The notes below the pieces were generated by a model. It was given only the letters and a program-made list of their open reading frames with translations, had not been told where the DNA came from and did not search any database. From UHGV virus genome UHGV-1568686: DNA of 19,238 nt, one strand, 5' to 3'. The translations under genes and the position numbers were made by a program. Source of the stretch: a virus. This document shows, in pieces, positions 1 through 7,689 of the stretch; the first letter of the stretch is position 1, and each line of letters opens with the position of its first letter.

Positions 1-154
1 TGTTTTAGATAATGTCTGTCATTTAATTTGCTCCAGATACAAGGAATCGCCGCAGCATGGCTACGGTTGGTGTTTATTGCATACCGAAATGGTACGATTG
101 TTGATTTGTACAGTAGGTTTTACGATGCCATTCCACCCATTTGGTGAGGCATTG

Positions 155-412
155 ATGATGTACAGCAAATACGATGAGGCGCAGTTCCACTTGAGGCTTA
201 CGCACGAGTTGCACGCTAAGATTAAGCAGCGTGCAAGAATGAATAACAGGTCTATCAATTCCGAAATTGTGGCTACGATGGAAGAATCACTCTCCAAACC
301 ATCACCTGTAAGCGGTTATCGTGATGAAGAAGAGAGACTGGCCTCATTAATCTCGGAACGAGTAAAAGAAGTTGCGGCTGAAATTCTAAGGAAAGAAAAA
401 ACCCGCGATTAA
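155..412 (+). CDS. mnt: Mnt-like ribbon-helix-helix repressor (85 aa from ATG 155; the track ORF 77..412 begins at an upstream TTG)
   Basis: Translation contains RMNNRSINSEIV followed by SKPSPVSGYRDEEERLA, closely matching my recollection of P22 Mnt (NGRSMNSE ... SKPSPVTGYRNDAERLA). GGTGAGG Shine-Dalgarno 5 nt before ATG 155. Convergent with the antirepressor genes. Confidence 0.7.
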   Translation: MMYSKYDEAQFHLRLTHELHAKIKQRARMNNRSINSEIVATMEESLSKPSPVSGYRDEEERLASLISERVKEVAAEILRKEKTRD

Positions 413-426
413 GCGGGTTTAGTTTT
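398..426. terminator. Bidirectional intrinsic terminator hairpin between convergent genes
   Basis: AAACCCGC (398-405), loop GATTAA, GCGGGTTT (412-419). On the minus strand the stem is followed by TTTTTCTTT; on the plus strand by AGTTTTC. The mnt stop codon lies in the loop. Confidence 0.6.
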
Positions 427-438
427 CATTATAAAATG

Positions 439-1167
439 TTACGCCACATTTGAGCCATGTAGCAGGTGTTGTAGTGCTTTAACGCCTTCAGAATTGTAAC
501 GGAACGCCTCTACCTGTTTGCTGGAATGCGCCGATTTATCCAGGAAGAACTTACCGTACTGCTCAGTTTTGAGGTTGTTTGCGTTAGCAATGCGACCAAT
601 CTTGTTGGCCGTTACTCCAAGCTGCTCTGCAACCTCCCCTGCTGAGTAGTAATGCTCTTCTATTGCTGGAAGAGGTATTGCATTAAAACCAACGATCGGG
701 TTGATTATGCTTGCTGCCGCAGTCTGCTTTGCTTCCGGCGCAAGATTTGGCATCAAATCGAACAGATTGGTAACAGCTTCAACCGTCATTTTCAATGTTC
801 GCGCCTGGCGATACTCAACAAGTCCACTCGACGATTTACCGCTTTTAATGTGCGCTTCTTGCATACTTTCAAGTTGGTCTACAAGTGAGCGGCGAACAGC
901 TTTAGATTCACGAGCAGCCACTCGAAGGGCTTGCTTAATTGACATAACAACTTTTTCAGAAGTTGTCTTGTTTGATTTTTGAACTACGAAAATTTCGTAG
1001 TGCTCACCTTCAAGTTCATCCTTAATGCGTGCAATAAAGTCGTTATTGCGGACTTCTTTTTCCCCGCACTGTCTACGAGCATGATTGACCATCTCTAACA
1101 GGTACTGGCTATCAATGGTTTTATCCGTGACAACGGATCCGATGTTTGCTACATTCTTAAAAGTCAT
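439..1167 (-). CDS. Phage antirepressor/regulatory protein with KilAC/ORF6C-like C-terminal region (242 aa from ATG at 1167; the track ORF extends to a TTG at 1254)
   Basis: AAGGAA Shine-Dalgarno 6 nt upstream of the internal ATG. The C-terminal segment YSAGEVAEQLGVTANKIGRIANANNLKTEQYGKFFLDKSAH resembles KilAC-type antirepressor C-terminal domains. Located in the immI-like cassette downstream of the Bro-N gene. Family assignment is from memory only. Confidence 0.55.
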   Translation of the reverse strand: MTFKNVANIGSVVTDKTIDSQYLLEMVNHARRQCGEKEVRNNDFIARIKDELEGEHYEIFVVQKSNKTTSEKVVMSIKQALRVAARESKAVRRSLVDQLESMQEAHIKSGKSSSGLVEYRQARTLKMTVEAVTNLFDLMPNLAPEAKQTAAASIINPIVGFNAIPLPAIEEHYYSAGEVAEQLGVTANKIGRIANANNLKTEQYGKFFLDKSAHSSKQVEAFRYNSEGVKALQHLLHGSNVA

Positions 1168-1254
1168 TAGGCATTCCTTATGTGGTAGTAAGGGTGTGAC
1201 ATAGGCCGCCAGCAGCACACTGGCGGTTTTCTTTTGCGCCGTCCTGTGCACCAA

Positions 1255-1881
1255 TCAATGAATCCATTCCTCGCCGCGCAGTTTTGCCAGCATTGGCTGA
1301 GCGTTCTTTACGACAAAATTGTTGGTATCAAGATTCTTCATTTCACGAAGAAGTGATTTCTTGGTTTCTTCTGACATGTAGCGAGTCTCATATGCAATAT
1401 CGTAAATCCTTCCTGAAAGCTCAGAACCAATTTGCTTCATTCCTGGGTAGATGTGTTTGCACATTTGTTGACTCTTCTCCATCCACAATTGTAAGTAGCA
1501 GAGATTAACCAGTTCTTCGTCAGTAAACTGTTTTGCAATCGGTGAGCATTCTGCCTGCCGATCCAAAATATCCAGCACCCAGCGGCGGAACTCTTTGGCT
1601 ACCTGAGTGCGAGCAAACATCGCGATTAGGTGGGCACCGCGTAGTGAGAAAACACGCACTTTTTTGCGATAATTTCCTGAGGTACTCACTTCGAGTACCT
1701 GAGTCATTCCGGCGCTAAACTCATCGCTATACTTGTTATAAATCATTGTTACTGCACGACTATTTGCGTATTTAAGTGCAGATGCAATATTAGATGATGT
1801 AAACCAAACACCATGCATATCACGGGTGGGCACCAACTCAACTCCGTGGAAGTTGTAATCTGATTTTGCTACAATATTCAT
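1255..1881 (-). CDS. ant: Antirepressor with Bro-N/AntA N-terminal domain (208 aa from ATG at 1881)
   Basis: FHGVELVPTRDMHGVWFTSSNIASALKYANSRAVTMIYNKYSDEF...VRVFSLRGAHLIAMFARTQVAKEFRRWVLDIL matches the Bro-N/AntA signature. AAGGAAA Shine-Dalgarno 5 nt upstream. Directly downstream of the arc-like gene as in P22 immI. Confidence 0.75.
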   Translation of the reverse strand: MNIVAKSDYNFHGVELVPTRDMHGVWFTSSNIASALKYANSRAVTMIYNKYSDEFSAGMTQVLEVSTSGNYRKKVRVFSLRGAHLIAMFARTQVAKEFRRWVLDILDRQAECSPIAKQFTDEELVNLCYLQLWMEKSQQMCKHIYPGMKQIGSELSGRIYDIAYETRYMSEETKKSLLREMKNLDTNNFVVKNAQPMLAKLRGEEWIH

Positions 1882-1954
1882 GTTAGTTTCCTTGCATACG
1901 GTTACTGACATAGAGGCCCGGTTTGTGTTCACGCACTGCCGGGCTTCACTATTT

Positions 1955-2128
1955 TTACTGGGCATTAGCTCTTTCCTCTCTCAGGCTTTTAGCCAGTCGC
2001 TGCACAATCGCAGAGTTGATAGAAATTCCATCCATTTCAGCAACACGTCTAATCTCCTCCTTCATTCGCGCTGGCAAACGAAGCTGGAAACTTTGACTTT
2101 TACGACCTGTGTAAAGCACATCTTTCAT
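1955..2128 (-). CDS. arc: Arc-like ribbon-helix-helix repressor (57 aa from ATG at 2128)
   Basis: FQLRLPARMKEEIRRVAEMDGISINSAIVQRLAKSL resembles P22 Arc (FNLRWPREVLDLVRKVAEENGRSVNSEIYQRV). GGAGG Shine-Dalgarno about 7 nt upstream. Divergent from a Mnt-like gene. Confidence 0.75.
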   Translation of the reverse strand: MKDVLYTGRKSQSFQLRLPARMKEEIRRVAEMDGISINSAIVQRLAKSLREERANAQ

Positions 2129-2239
2129 AAGTAATCCTCCCACAATGATACCAACTTGGTTCTAGAACCAATTTAACACCATTTATTTTGATGTCAAGTT
2201 GGTGCTATTGTTTAGCGAACATCTTTACGTTGAGGTCAT
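2129..2239. promoter_or_regulatory. Divergent promoter/operator region between the arc-like and Mnt-like genes (Pant/Pmnt analogue)
   Basis: 110-bp gap between divergent start codons. Consensus TTGACA on the minus strand at 2192-2197 with a weak -10 (TAAATT/AAATTG) about 16-17 bp downstream. Repeated ACCAA/TTGGT half-sites: ACCAAcTTGGT at 2150-2160 and CAAGTTGGT at 2195-2203. Confidence 0.55.
2156..2171. promoter_or_regulatory. Perfect 16-bp palindrome TTGGTTCTAGAACCAA, candidate RHH (Arc/Mnt-type) operator
   Basis: Exact dyad symmetry verified base by base. It sits just downstream of the putative -10 of the minus-strand promoter, about 28 bp upstream of the arc start. Confidence 0.6.
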
Positions 2240-2560
2240 ATGAGCAAGTTCCCTAGTCATGAAATGGATAGGTTCAATATCAGGCTTCCTGCAGGAATGC
2301 GGGATGCTATAGCTGAACGAGCCAAACGTAACGGCAGATCAATGAACTCAGAGATTGTTCAGATACTGGAAGATGCCTTGAATGCAGAAAATACACTCGG
2401 GGAAATAGCAGATAAAATCAACAGCGTCTCGGTTCCGCTAAATGTTGATGCGCTAGTTCAACTTCAAGCCCAGGTTATCGCCATGCAAAAAGAAATACAG
2501 GAAAAGTTCAGAGAGCAGAACGAAAAGTTGAGAGAACTGCTAAACAAAAAACCCACCTGA
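2240..2560 (+). CDS. Second Mnt-like RHH repressor with an extended coiled-coil-like C-terminus (106 aa)
   Basis: RFNIRLPAGMRDAIAERAKRNGRSMNSEIVQILEDAL is nearly identical in pattern to the P22 Mnt N-terminal RHH (HFNFRMP...ANGRSMNSELLQIVQDAL). Occupies the P22 mnt position, divergent from arc. GAGG 4 nt before the ATG. Confidence 0.75.
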   Translation: MSKFPSHEMDRFNIRLPAGMRDAIAERAKRNGRSMNSEIVQILEDALNAENTLGEIADKINSVSVPLNVDALVQLQAQVIAMQKEIQEKFREQNEKLRELLNKKPT

Positions 2561-2587
2561 CGGTGGGTTAATTTTTGCCTTTTTTGG
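2550..2587 (+). terminator. Intrinsic terminator after the Mnt-like gene
   Basis: AACCCACC (2550-2557), loop TGAC, GGTGGGTT (2562-2569), followed by AATTTTTGCCTTTTTT. The stop codon lies in the loop. Confidence 0.65.
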
Positions 2588-2658
2588 ACCATATTGACTA
2601 CTCATAAAATGAGATCAATATTTAATCGCCCAATAACGGGTGTATGTTGAGGTATATC

Positions 2659-2838
2659 ATGGCGAAAAAACCAGGTGAAAACACAGGAAAAAACGGCGGA
2701 ATATACCAAGAAGTTGGCCCACGCGGCGGTAAGAAAGACAATTTTGCCACCGTCAAGGACAACGAAAGGCTTCCACCAACAACAAAGCCAGGTCATGGCT
2801 GGGTATTGGATAAGCGAACTCCAGACAGCAAAAAGTAA
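2659..2838 (+). CDS. YjzC-like small protein of unknown function (59 aa)
   Basis: MAKKPGENTGKNGGIYQEVGPRGGKK...ERLPPTTKPGHGWVL fits the G-x-Y ... ERxPP ... W pattern I associate with the YjzC-like family. GAGG Shine-Dalgarno 7 nt upstream of ATG 2659. Possible promoter TTGACT at 2594-2599. Confidence 0.6.
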   Translation: MAKKPGENTGKNGGIYQEVGPRGGKKDNFATVKDNERLPPTTKPGHGWVLDKRTPDSKK

Positions 2839-2844
2839 TAATCA

Positions 2845-2867
2845 AGCCGGTTCACTCCGGCTTTTTG
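2845..2867. terminator. Bidirectional terminator hairpin between convergent genes
   Basis: AGCCGG (2845-2850), loop TTCACT, CCGGCT (2857-2862), followed by TTTTTG on the plus strand. The stop codon of the minus-strand gene lies in the loop. Confidence 0.6.
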
Positions 2868-3217
2868 ATATGTCGCTCGCAGAACTCAACAAGCCTGCTC
2901 ATTAAGTAGCAGTAAGTCTCGTTGGCTCTTCCTGGTTCAACATCAACACCTACCCTTGAGCAGATATCGAATGCCATGTGAGCACACTCATGGGCAATAG
3001 TAGATAGTTTGCCATTGAACACGCCTATCACATGCAAAACACCATTTTCGCTGCTCATTGTATGAGACGCTCCGTTGGCATCCGAGTCCTGCACGTCCAC
3101 GCCAAGTTTTTGATGCAGGCGTTGCCATTCTGGAAAGTCTCTGCAAAACACAATCGTACCGCTCTCAAAGAGCGGGACTAGCATCTTTGGTACTTTTCCA
3201 ATGTTAACTTTTTTCAT
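2852..3217 (-). CDS. Minimal ImmA/IrrE-like (peptidase M78/DUF955-type) HExxH zinc metallopeptidase candidate (121 aa from ATG at 3217)
   Basis: Translation contains LSTIAHECAHMAFD, matching the (F)TIAHE(L)GH signature of ImmA/IrrE proteases, with a downstream acidic residue (NETYCY). AGGA Shine-Dalgarno upstream of ATG 3217. Family assignment is by motif only. Confidence 0.55.
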   Translation of the reverse strand: MKKVNIGKVPKMLVPLFESGTIVFCRDFPEWQRLHQKLGVDVQDSDANGASHTMSSENGVLHVIGVFNGKLSTIAHECAHMAFDICSRVGVDVEPGRANETYCYLMSRLVEFCERHIKKPE

Positions 3218-3247
3218 GGTATCCTGCTCAAAACTAAGGAGGTTGGT

Positions 3248-3637
3248 GTGAAGCAATTTCTTACTGCTATGTTCTTATTCATATCTTTTGGGGCTACAGC
3301 AGAGTGCTGGGTCGTTGGAGATATGCGCGGAATAAGCTATTCAGAACGAAATAATTTCCATCCGGAAGAAGATGGTTTTAGTGGAACATTCATCATTAAG
3401 ACAAACGGTGAAGATGCCAGCATCACATATTCTGGGACAGATGCGGGCGGCATGGCTTACAAAGCATTGTCTAAAAACTCCATCATAGGAATCGGCGCGA
3501 ATGGCGAAACTCAACGCGTTATCGACTCATGGGTAATACATCCTACTGGAACAGTTTTAATGTCAAAAACCATTTCCGGTTATGGAAATATGGATTCAAC
3601 CAAAGCTTTTGTTGGAAAAGTAAAAAGAAAATGTTAG
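3248..3637 (+). CDS. Small secreted/periplasmic protein of unknown function (129 aa, GTG start)
   Basis: AAGGAGG Shine-Dalgarno 5 nt before GTG 3248. N-terminus MKQFLTAMFLFISFGATA-ECW is a classical Sec signal peptide with an AxA cleavage site. The mature protein has one Cys near each end (ECW...KRKC). Appears AT-rich relative to the structural genes (by eye, not computed). Confidence 0.7.
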   Translation: MKQFLTAMFLFISFGATAECWVVGDMRGISYSERNNFHPEEDGFSGTFIIKTNGEDASITYSGTDAGGMAYKALSKNSIIGIGANGETQRVIDSWVIHPTGTVLMSKTISGYGNMDSTKAFVGKVKRKC

Positions 3638-3661
3638 CGATTGAATCCAATTTCCCATACG

Positions 3662-5503
3662 TTACTGCTGTGTTGCCTCAGTAGCAAGCAGCGGCCTGAT
3701 GGCATTTGCAGCGTTACTCAACGCTCTTTCATAGGCTGGCGTTCCAGCTTTAGTGTTTGCCAGACGTAAGAGAGCATTCCTTGCTGCTTTGGACTCATAC
3801 AAGCGCATCATTGCACCAAAACCAGCCTCAAGCCCCATTGATACGCCAAGGGTCGCAGTTGCGCCAATCGTCCTTATCCTGTTGGCTTGCGATTGCCCCG
3901 TCTGAGTTACTACATTTGCGGTGTCTGACCTTGCTGTTTGCTGTAGAACTTCATGAAGAGCATCAAGCTCTTTCATGTGCTTTCCAGAAAAAATAGTGTT
4001 GTAAATTTCACCGCCTGACTGAGATTTCAGCTTATTAACTTCAGTGATGAACTTGGCTGGAGAGTCACCGGCCTTTTCCGCTATTTTGCTGACGTAAGCT
4101 GCACGCATAGCATCTTTCCCTTTATCATCCAATGCGCTCCAGATTCGTTTCACGTCAGATGGTTTTCTGCTTAATACAACAGTATTTATAAGTTCAGGAC
4201 TGGCTTCACTGCTTGCCTTGTTGAGCTTGTTAGCAATGTTTTTATTAAGCACCTTATTATAAACGTTTGCATAATCGGAATTTGCTTTAAGGTATTTTGC
4301 TGCGTCTGACGCACCGAGGTTTTTTGCAACTGCGTTACGAAGGTCTTTTGACATTGCATTCTCTACCATATTGGTAGCTGCTTTTGCCTGGTTGGGGAAG
4401 ACCATAGCATCTCCCTGAACATTAGATCTAAATGCTGTTCTGTGCTGACGCAAGAGATCAAACGTAACATCCAAATCAGTTGCAGGGTTTGCTAATTCTT
4501 CACGCAGGTTACGCAAGGATGTAAGCAGGCTTTGATTGGCAGACGTCCCAAGCCGTTCCTGTCTTGCGATCGCTGTATTCAGAGCATTCATGGTATTTGT
4601 GGTATCAACTGCGGCATTACCCATTTTATTGGTGACGTCATTGATAACAGCGCCAGCGGCATCCTTCCGCCCCCTTAACGTGGTGGTAAGAGATTTCACC
4701 ACATCATCAGGGTTGTACTCACCAAAACGGTCAAAATAATTGCTTACCAGCTTACTACGCGTTGCATATTGCTCAGCTCGCTTTGAGCCTGTCCCGAGCA
4801 AAGCCCCCTCAGCATCCTGAGTAAGTCCGCGAGTGAAAGCATTTTTCGGCGGGATAACATCAGATGTCATTGGTGTCACGCCCATCGATTCTGATGTGGC
4901 AATTTTCTTCGCCACTTCTGGCGCAATATCACCTTTTATAGCCGTTATTCCACGCCCTATTCCCTTTGCTGCTGCGGAAAGAACACCCTGAGCGGCAAGG
5001 TTAACTCCGGCATTTTTAGCTGCATTTTGTGCGAAATCGCCTTTCTGATTTGCGGCCTCTGCCAGTGATCCAATAGCCATGCTTCCTGCCGTTCCAACTC
5101 CTGGAACTAAATACCCACCAATTGTTTCACCGGCTTGTGCGTATGGGTCTGTCGGTCTGTCTACTGGACGATAAACATCATCCAAAACCTTGGGTCCACC
5201 AAGCCCCTGACTGATTGCATTAATCAGACTTGCGCCGCCCTGCAATACGTCAAATGGTATGTTTACCAGACCACGACCAGCCTGCTCTGCAATTTGCCCT
5301 GCACTTTGACCACCTGTGAGCCAATCGCCAGCTTGTTGCATCAATGATGGTTCTTCACGTGCTGGTTCATTATTGGCCTGATTAACTGTTTGTTGCTGAA
5401 CAGCCTGACCAGCAAAATACTCATCAATGGCGGTGCCAATATCTTCCGTGCTCGTACCATCAGGGAAGGTAAATGTCTTACCGTTTGCAGTTACTTTCAT
5501 CAT
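3662..5503 (-). CDS. Ejection (injection) protein, P22 gp16 homologue (613 aa)
   Basis: N-terminus [29 protein letters not shown] matches my recollection of P22 gp16. Last gene of the gp7-gp20-gp16 ejection triad. Confidence 0.85.
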   Translation of the reverse strand: MMKVTANGKTFTFPDGTSTEDIGTAIDEYFAGQAVQQQTVNQANNEPAREEPSLMQQAGDWLTGGQSAGQIAEQAGRGLVNIPFDVLQGGASLINAISQGLGGPKVLDDVYRPVDRPTDPYAQAGETIGGYLVPGVGTAGSMAIGSLAEAANQKGDFAQNAAKNAGVNLAAQGVLSAAAKGIGRGITAIKGDIAPEVAKKIATSESMGVTPMTSDVIPPKNAFTRGLTQDAEGALLGTGSKRAEQYATRSKLVSNYFDRFGEYNPDDVVKSLTTTLRGRKDAAGAVINDVTNKMGNAAVDTTNTMNALNTAIARQERLGTSANQSLLTSLRNLREELANPATDLDVTFDLLRQHRTAFRSNVQGDAMVFPNQAKAATNMVENAMSKDLRNAVAKNLGASDAAKYLKANSDYANVYNKVLNKNIANKLNKASSEASPELINTVVLSRKPSDVKRIWSALDDKGKDAMRAAYVSKIAEKAGDSPAKFITEVNKLKSQSGGEIYNTIFSGKHMKELDALHEVLQQTARSDTANVVTQTGQSQANRIRTIGATATLGVSMGLEAGFGAMMRLYESKAARNALLRLANTKAGTPAYERALSNAANAIRPLLATEATQQ

Positions 5504-6975
5504 TCCACCGTAAATTGAATGCCTGATTTTGAGGTATATGATCCGGATTGACTCTGCTGCTGTTGGGTATTTGTCGGTTGTTGGCTATTGCTCTGTTGTT
5601 GACTATTTGCAGCACTTGAAACCACCAAAGCATCATAAACGCGACCAGACTGACCACGTAATGAGTTATATTGGCCCTGCATTTTTCGCATTTTTGTTTC
5701 AGTAGCAGCCTTGGAATCACCAGGCTGAGGCAGGTACATTTTGGAATACTCCTGCATCTCTGGCAGAGTAATTGCTGCACCTGTTTCTGGGCGCAAAATT
5801 GCATACAAGGCGTCTCTCGCATTTACCATATATTGCTGCTCCGCTGGTGATAGGCTTAAATTTGCAATAGTCCCATCACCAAGAGAGCGATTTATTAATG
5901 CAACTCGCTTAGGGTCAATGCTTTTACTAAGCTGATTCATTGAGTCCATTGAATCTTTTAATCGCAAAGCAAATCCTGCCGCCTTCTTGGAACCCTCATT
6001 AGCCTTATCTATGATGCTTTGCGCTTGTGGCAAACTAATTGGTTTAATGCCATCACCAGATATAGGTTGGTTTAGTTTTCCGGCTTCCTCGCTGCCATCG
6101 GTGTAATACTTAGTTACCGAGCCATCAGGATTGGTTTCAACCTTAAGTAATTTCTTAGCATTGGGATTAATTCCCGCCGCTGCCGCAAATGCCGCTGCAC
6201 CATCTGGATCCGCCTTTAACATTTGCGCGTACTGATTGTAATTCTGCATTGCGGCTGTTGGTGCATATGCTGACGTTAACGCATTTGCTCGGCTAATATC
6301 CTGCCCTCTCGCCTGAAGTGCTTCGCTGGCCTGATTGCTGCGGATTGTCTCTGCCAGTTTGCCTCGGTCAATTTCACGACCAGCCATCTTGTCCTGAACA
6401 GCAAACGCCTTTTCTGGTCCAAGCGCACCGAGAGACATAGTAGTCAGCATGTGTGATAGCTGCTCTGGATTCTGGATACCTGTCTGAATCATCCAGTCAG
6501 CATTCGCCCCCACGCGATTTAACCTGTCCTTGTTGTCAGTAATGAATTTACTGTAGGCTTCCGGTCCCTGGGAAAGAGCGACGTTAGCCCTCATGGCTAA
6601 ATCGCCCATATCGTTGCGTTGCTGCTCATTAAGACCGGAAAACGCCTGTTGTGCCTGTGCAACAAACGCTGGATTTTCCTGGGCAAACTTAAATAGTCCA
6701 GATGGATCACCAGAAGCCCATGCATCAGCGTGAACCTTATTGAACGCACTAATAGCTTTCTGTTGCTGTTCCTGATTGTAAATATCAGCAACTCCAGCCA
6801 GACCACGTAACGCGGTCAGACCAATGTTATTTGCACCTGAGCGAGCCAGTTCATTGTTTTCGCGGATCAGACCAAGCGTTGCGTTAATGTCGCTTGCCTT
6901 TGGCGCATTCTCATTTTGCGTACCGATGCCAGCCAGAAAACCACCAGAATTAATACCCTGTTGCCACGTAGCCAT
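5500..6975 (-). CDS. Ejection protein, P22 gp20 homologue (491 aa)
   Basis: Position between the gp7 and gp16 homologues. Ala/Gln-rich composition typical of P22-like ejection proteins. 4-bp overlap with the gene-16 start. Confidence 0.8.
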   Translation of the reverse strand: MATWQQGINSGGFLAGIGTQNENAPKASDINATLGLIRENNELARSGANNIGLTALRGLAGVADIYNQEQQQKAISAFNKVHADAWASGDPSGLFKFAQENPAFVAQAQQAFSGLNEQQRNDMGDLAMRANVALSQGPEAYSKFITDNKDRLNRVGANADWMIQTGIQNPEQLSHMLTTMSLGALGPEKAFAVQDKMAGREIDRGKLAETIRSNQASEALQARGQDISRANALTSAYAPTAAMQNYNQYAQMLKADPDGAAAFAAAAGINPNAKKLLKVETNPDGSVTKYYTDGSEEAGKLNQPISGDGIKPISLPQAQSIIDKANEGSKKAAGFALRLKDSMDSMNQLSKSIDPKRVALINRSLGDGTIANLSLSPAEQQYMVNARDALYAILRPETGAAITLPEMQEYSKMYLPQPGDSKAATETKMRKMQGQYNSLRGQSGRVYDALVVSSAANSQQQSNSQQPTNTQQQQSQSGSYTSKSGIQFTVE

Positions 6976-6985
6976 TGATTACCCC

Positions 6986-7687
6986 TTAAAACAACGAGCC
7001 AAGCAGACCAAGACCGCCGCCGATCGCAGCCCCCCACGGAGTTGATGAACCAATTAATTTCGCAAGTCCGGCCCCAGCAATAGCACCAGACGCACCTCCG
7101 CCAATAGCAGATTGCATTGCTGATGGTCTGTTGGCATTTGCCGCTGCAAGAGCCGCACTTTGCTGCGAAATCTGACTCATATTGTTGGCATATGTTTGCC
7201 CGGCGTTTGCCTGACCTTGCAGTGCGCCAAGACCAATATTTGCCAGATTCTGGTAGTTGTTCATCTGACCAGATAGCCATTGCTGACCAAGCGTTGGTGC
7301 GATTGTTGCTAACTGATTACCGGTTGCAGTGGAACCCAATCCACCTGTTGCTTCCGCTGCCGCCAGACTCTGATAGCGAGCCTGACCAGCAAGATCTTTG
7401 TACTGCTGAGAGTTGTAATACTGGTTAAGTGCCTGACCTTGCCCTTCCAGAGACGATAAGTTCTCGAGGCTGCCGACATACTTATCAGCCAGAGGAGTAA
7501 ACGGCTTCAGGTTGTTCATGATGGTGTTGAACTGCTGATTTTGCAGGTCTGCGGCATACTTCTGGGCTTCTGCGGCATACTTTGCGCTTTTATCAGAGCT
7601 GCCACTTTTCCCGCCTTTCCCGCCTTTTTCAGGGCACCAAGGTTCCTCGCCGAGCAGTTTTCTGCCCAGCTTAAATGCATATAACAT
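6986..7687 (-). CDS. Ejection protein, P22 gp7 homologue (233 aa)
   Basis: MLYAFKLGRKLLGEEPWCPEKGGKGG ... QQYKDLAGQARYQSLAAAEATGGLGSTATGNQL ... GLLGSLF is near-identical to P22 gp7 as I recall it. Confidence 0.9.
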   Translation of the reverse strand: MLYAFKLGRKLLGEEPWCPEKGGKGGKSGSSDKSAKYAAEAQKYAADLQNQQFNTIMNNLKPFTPLADKYVGSLENLSSLEGQGQALNQYYNSQQYKDLAGQARYQSLAAAEATGGLGSTATGNQLATIAPTLGQQWLSGQMNNYQNLANIGLGALQGQANAGQTYANNMSQISQQSAALAAANANRPSAMQSAIGGGASGAIAGAGLAKLIGSSTPWGAAIGGGLGLLGSLF

Positions 7688-7689
7688 GG

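Noticed and set aside
61-297. 78-aa minus-strand ORF at the left edge
   Set aside because: Overlaps the Mnt-like gene on the opposite strand and has no recognisable features. The Mnt assignment is supported by sequence similarity, so this is considered spurious.
439-1254. Long N-terminal extensions of track ORFs beginning at TTG/GTG (for example 439..1254, 1255..1965, 13139..15337, 77..412, 2852..3256)
   Set aside because: The maximal ORFs start at non-ATG codons without ribosome-binding sites. Internal ATG codons with good Shine-Dalgarno sequences and homology-consistent N-termini were preferred for the feature coordinates.
5478-5822. 114-aa minus-strand ORF overlapping the gp20/gp16 junction in another frame (and similar overlapping ORFs at 6597..6806 and 6867..7280)
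   Set aside because: Alternative-frame ORFs inside the ejection-protein genes, with odd Cys/Trp-rich or low-complexity translations. No evidence of overlapping genes.
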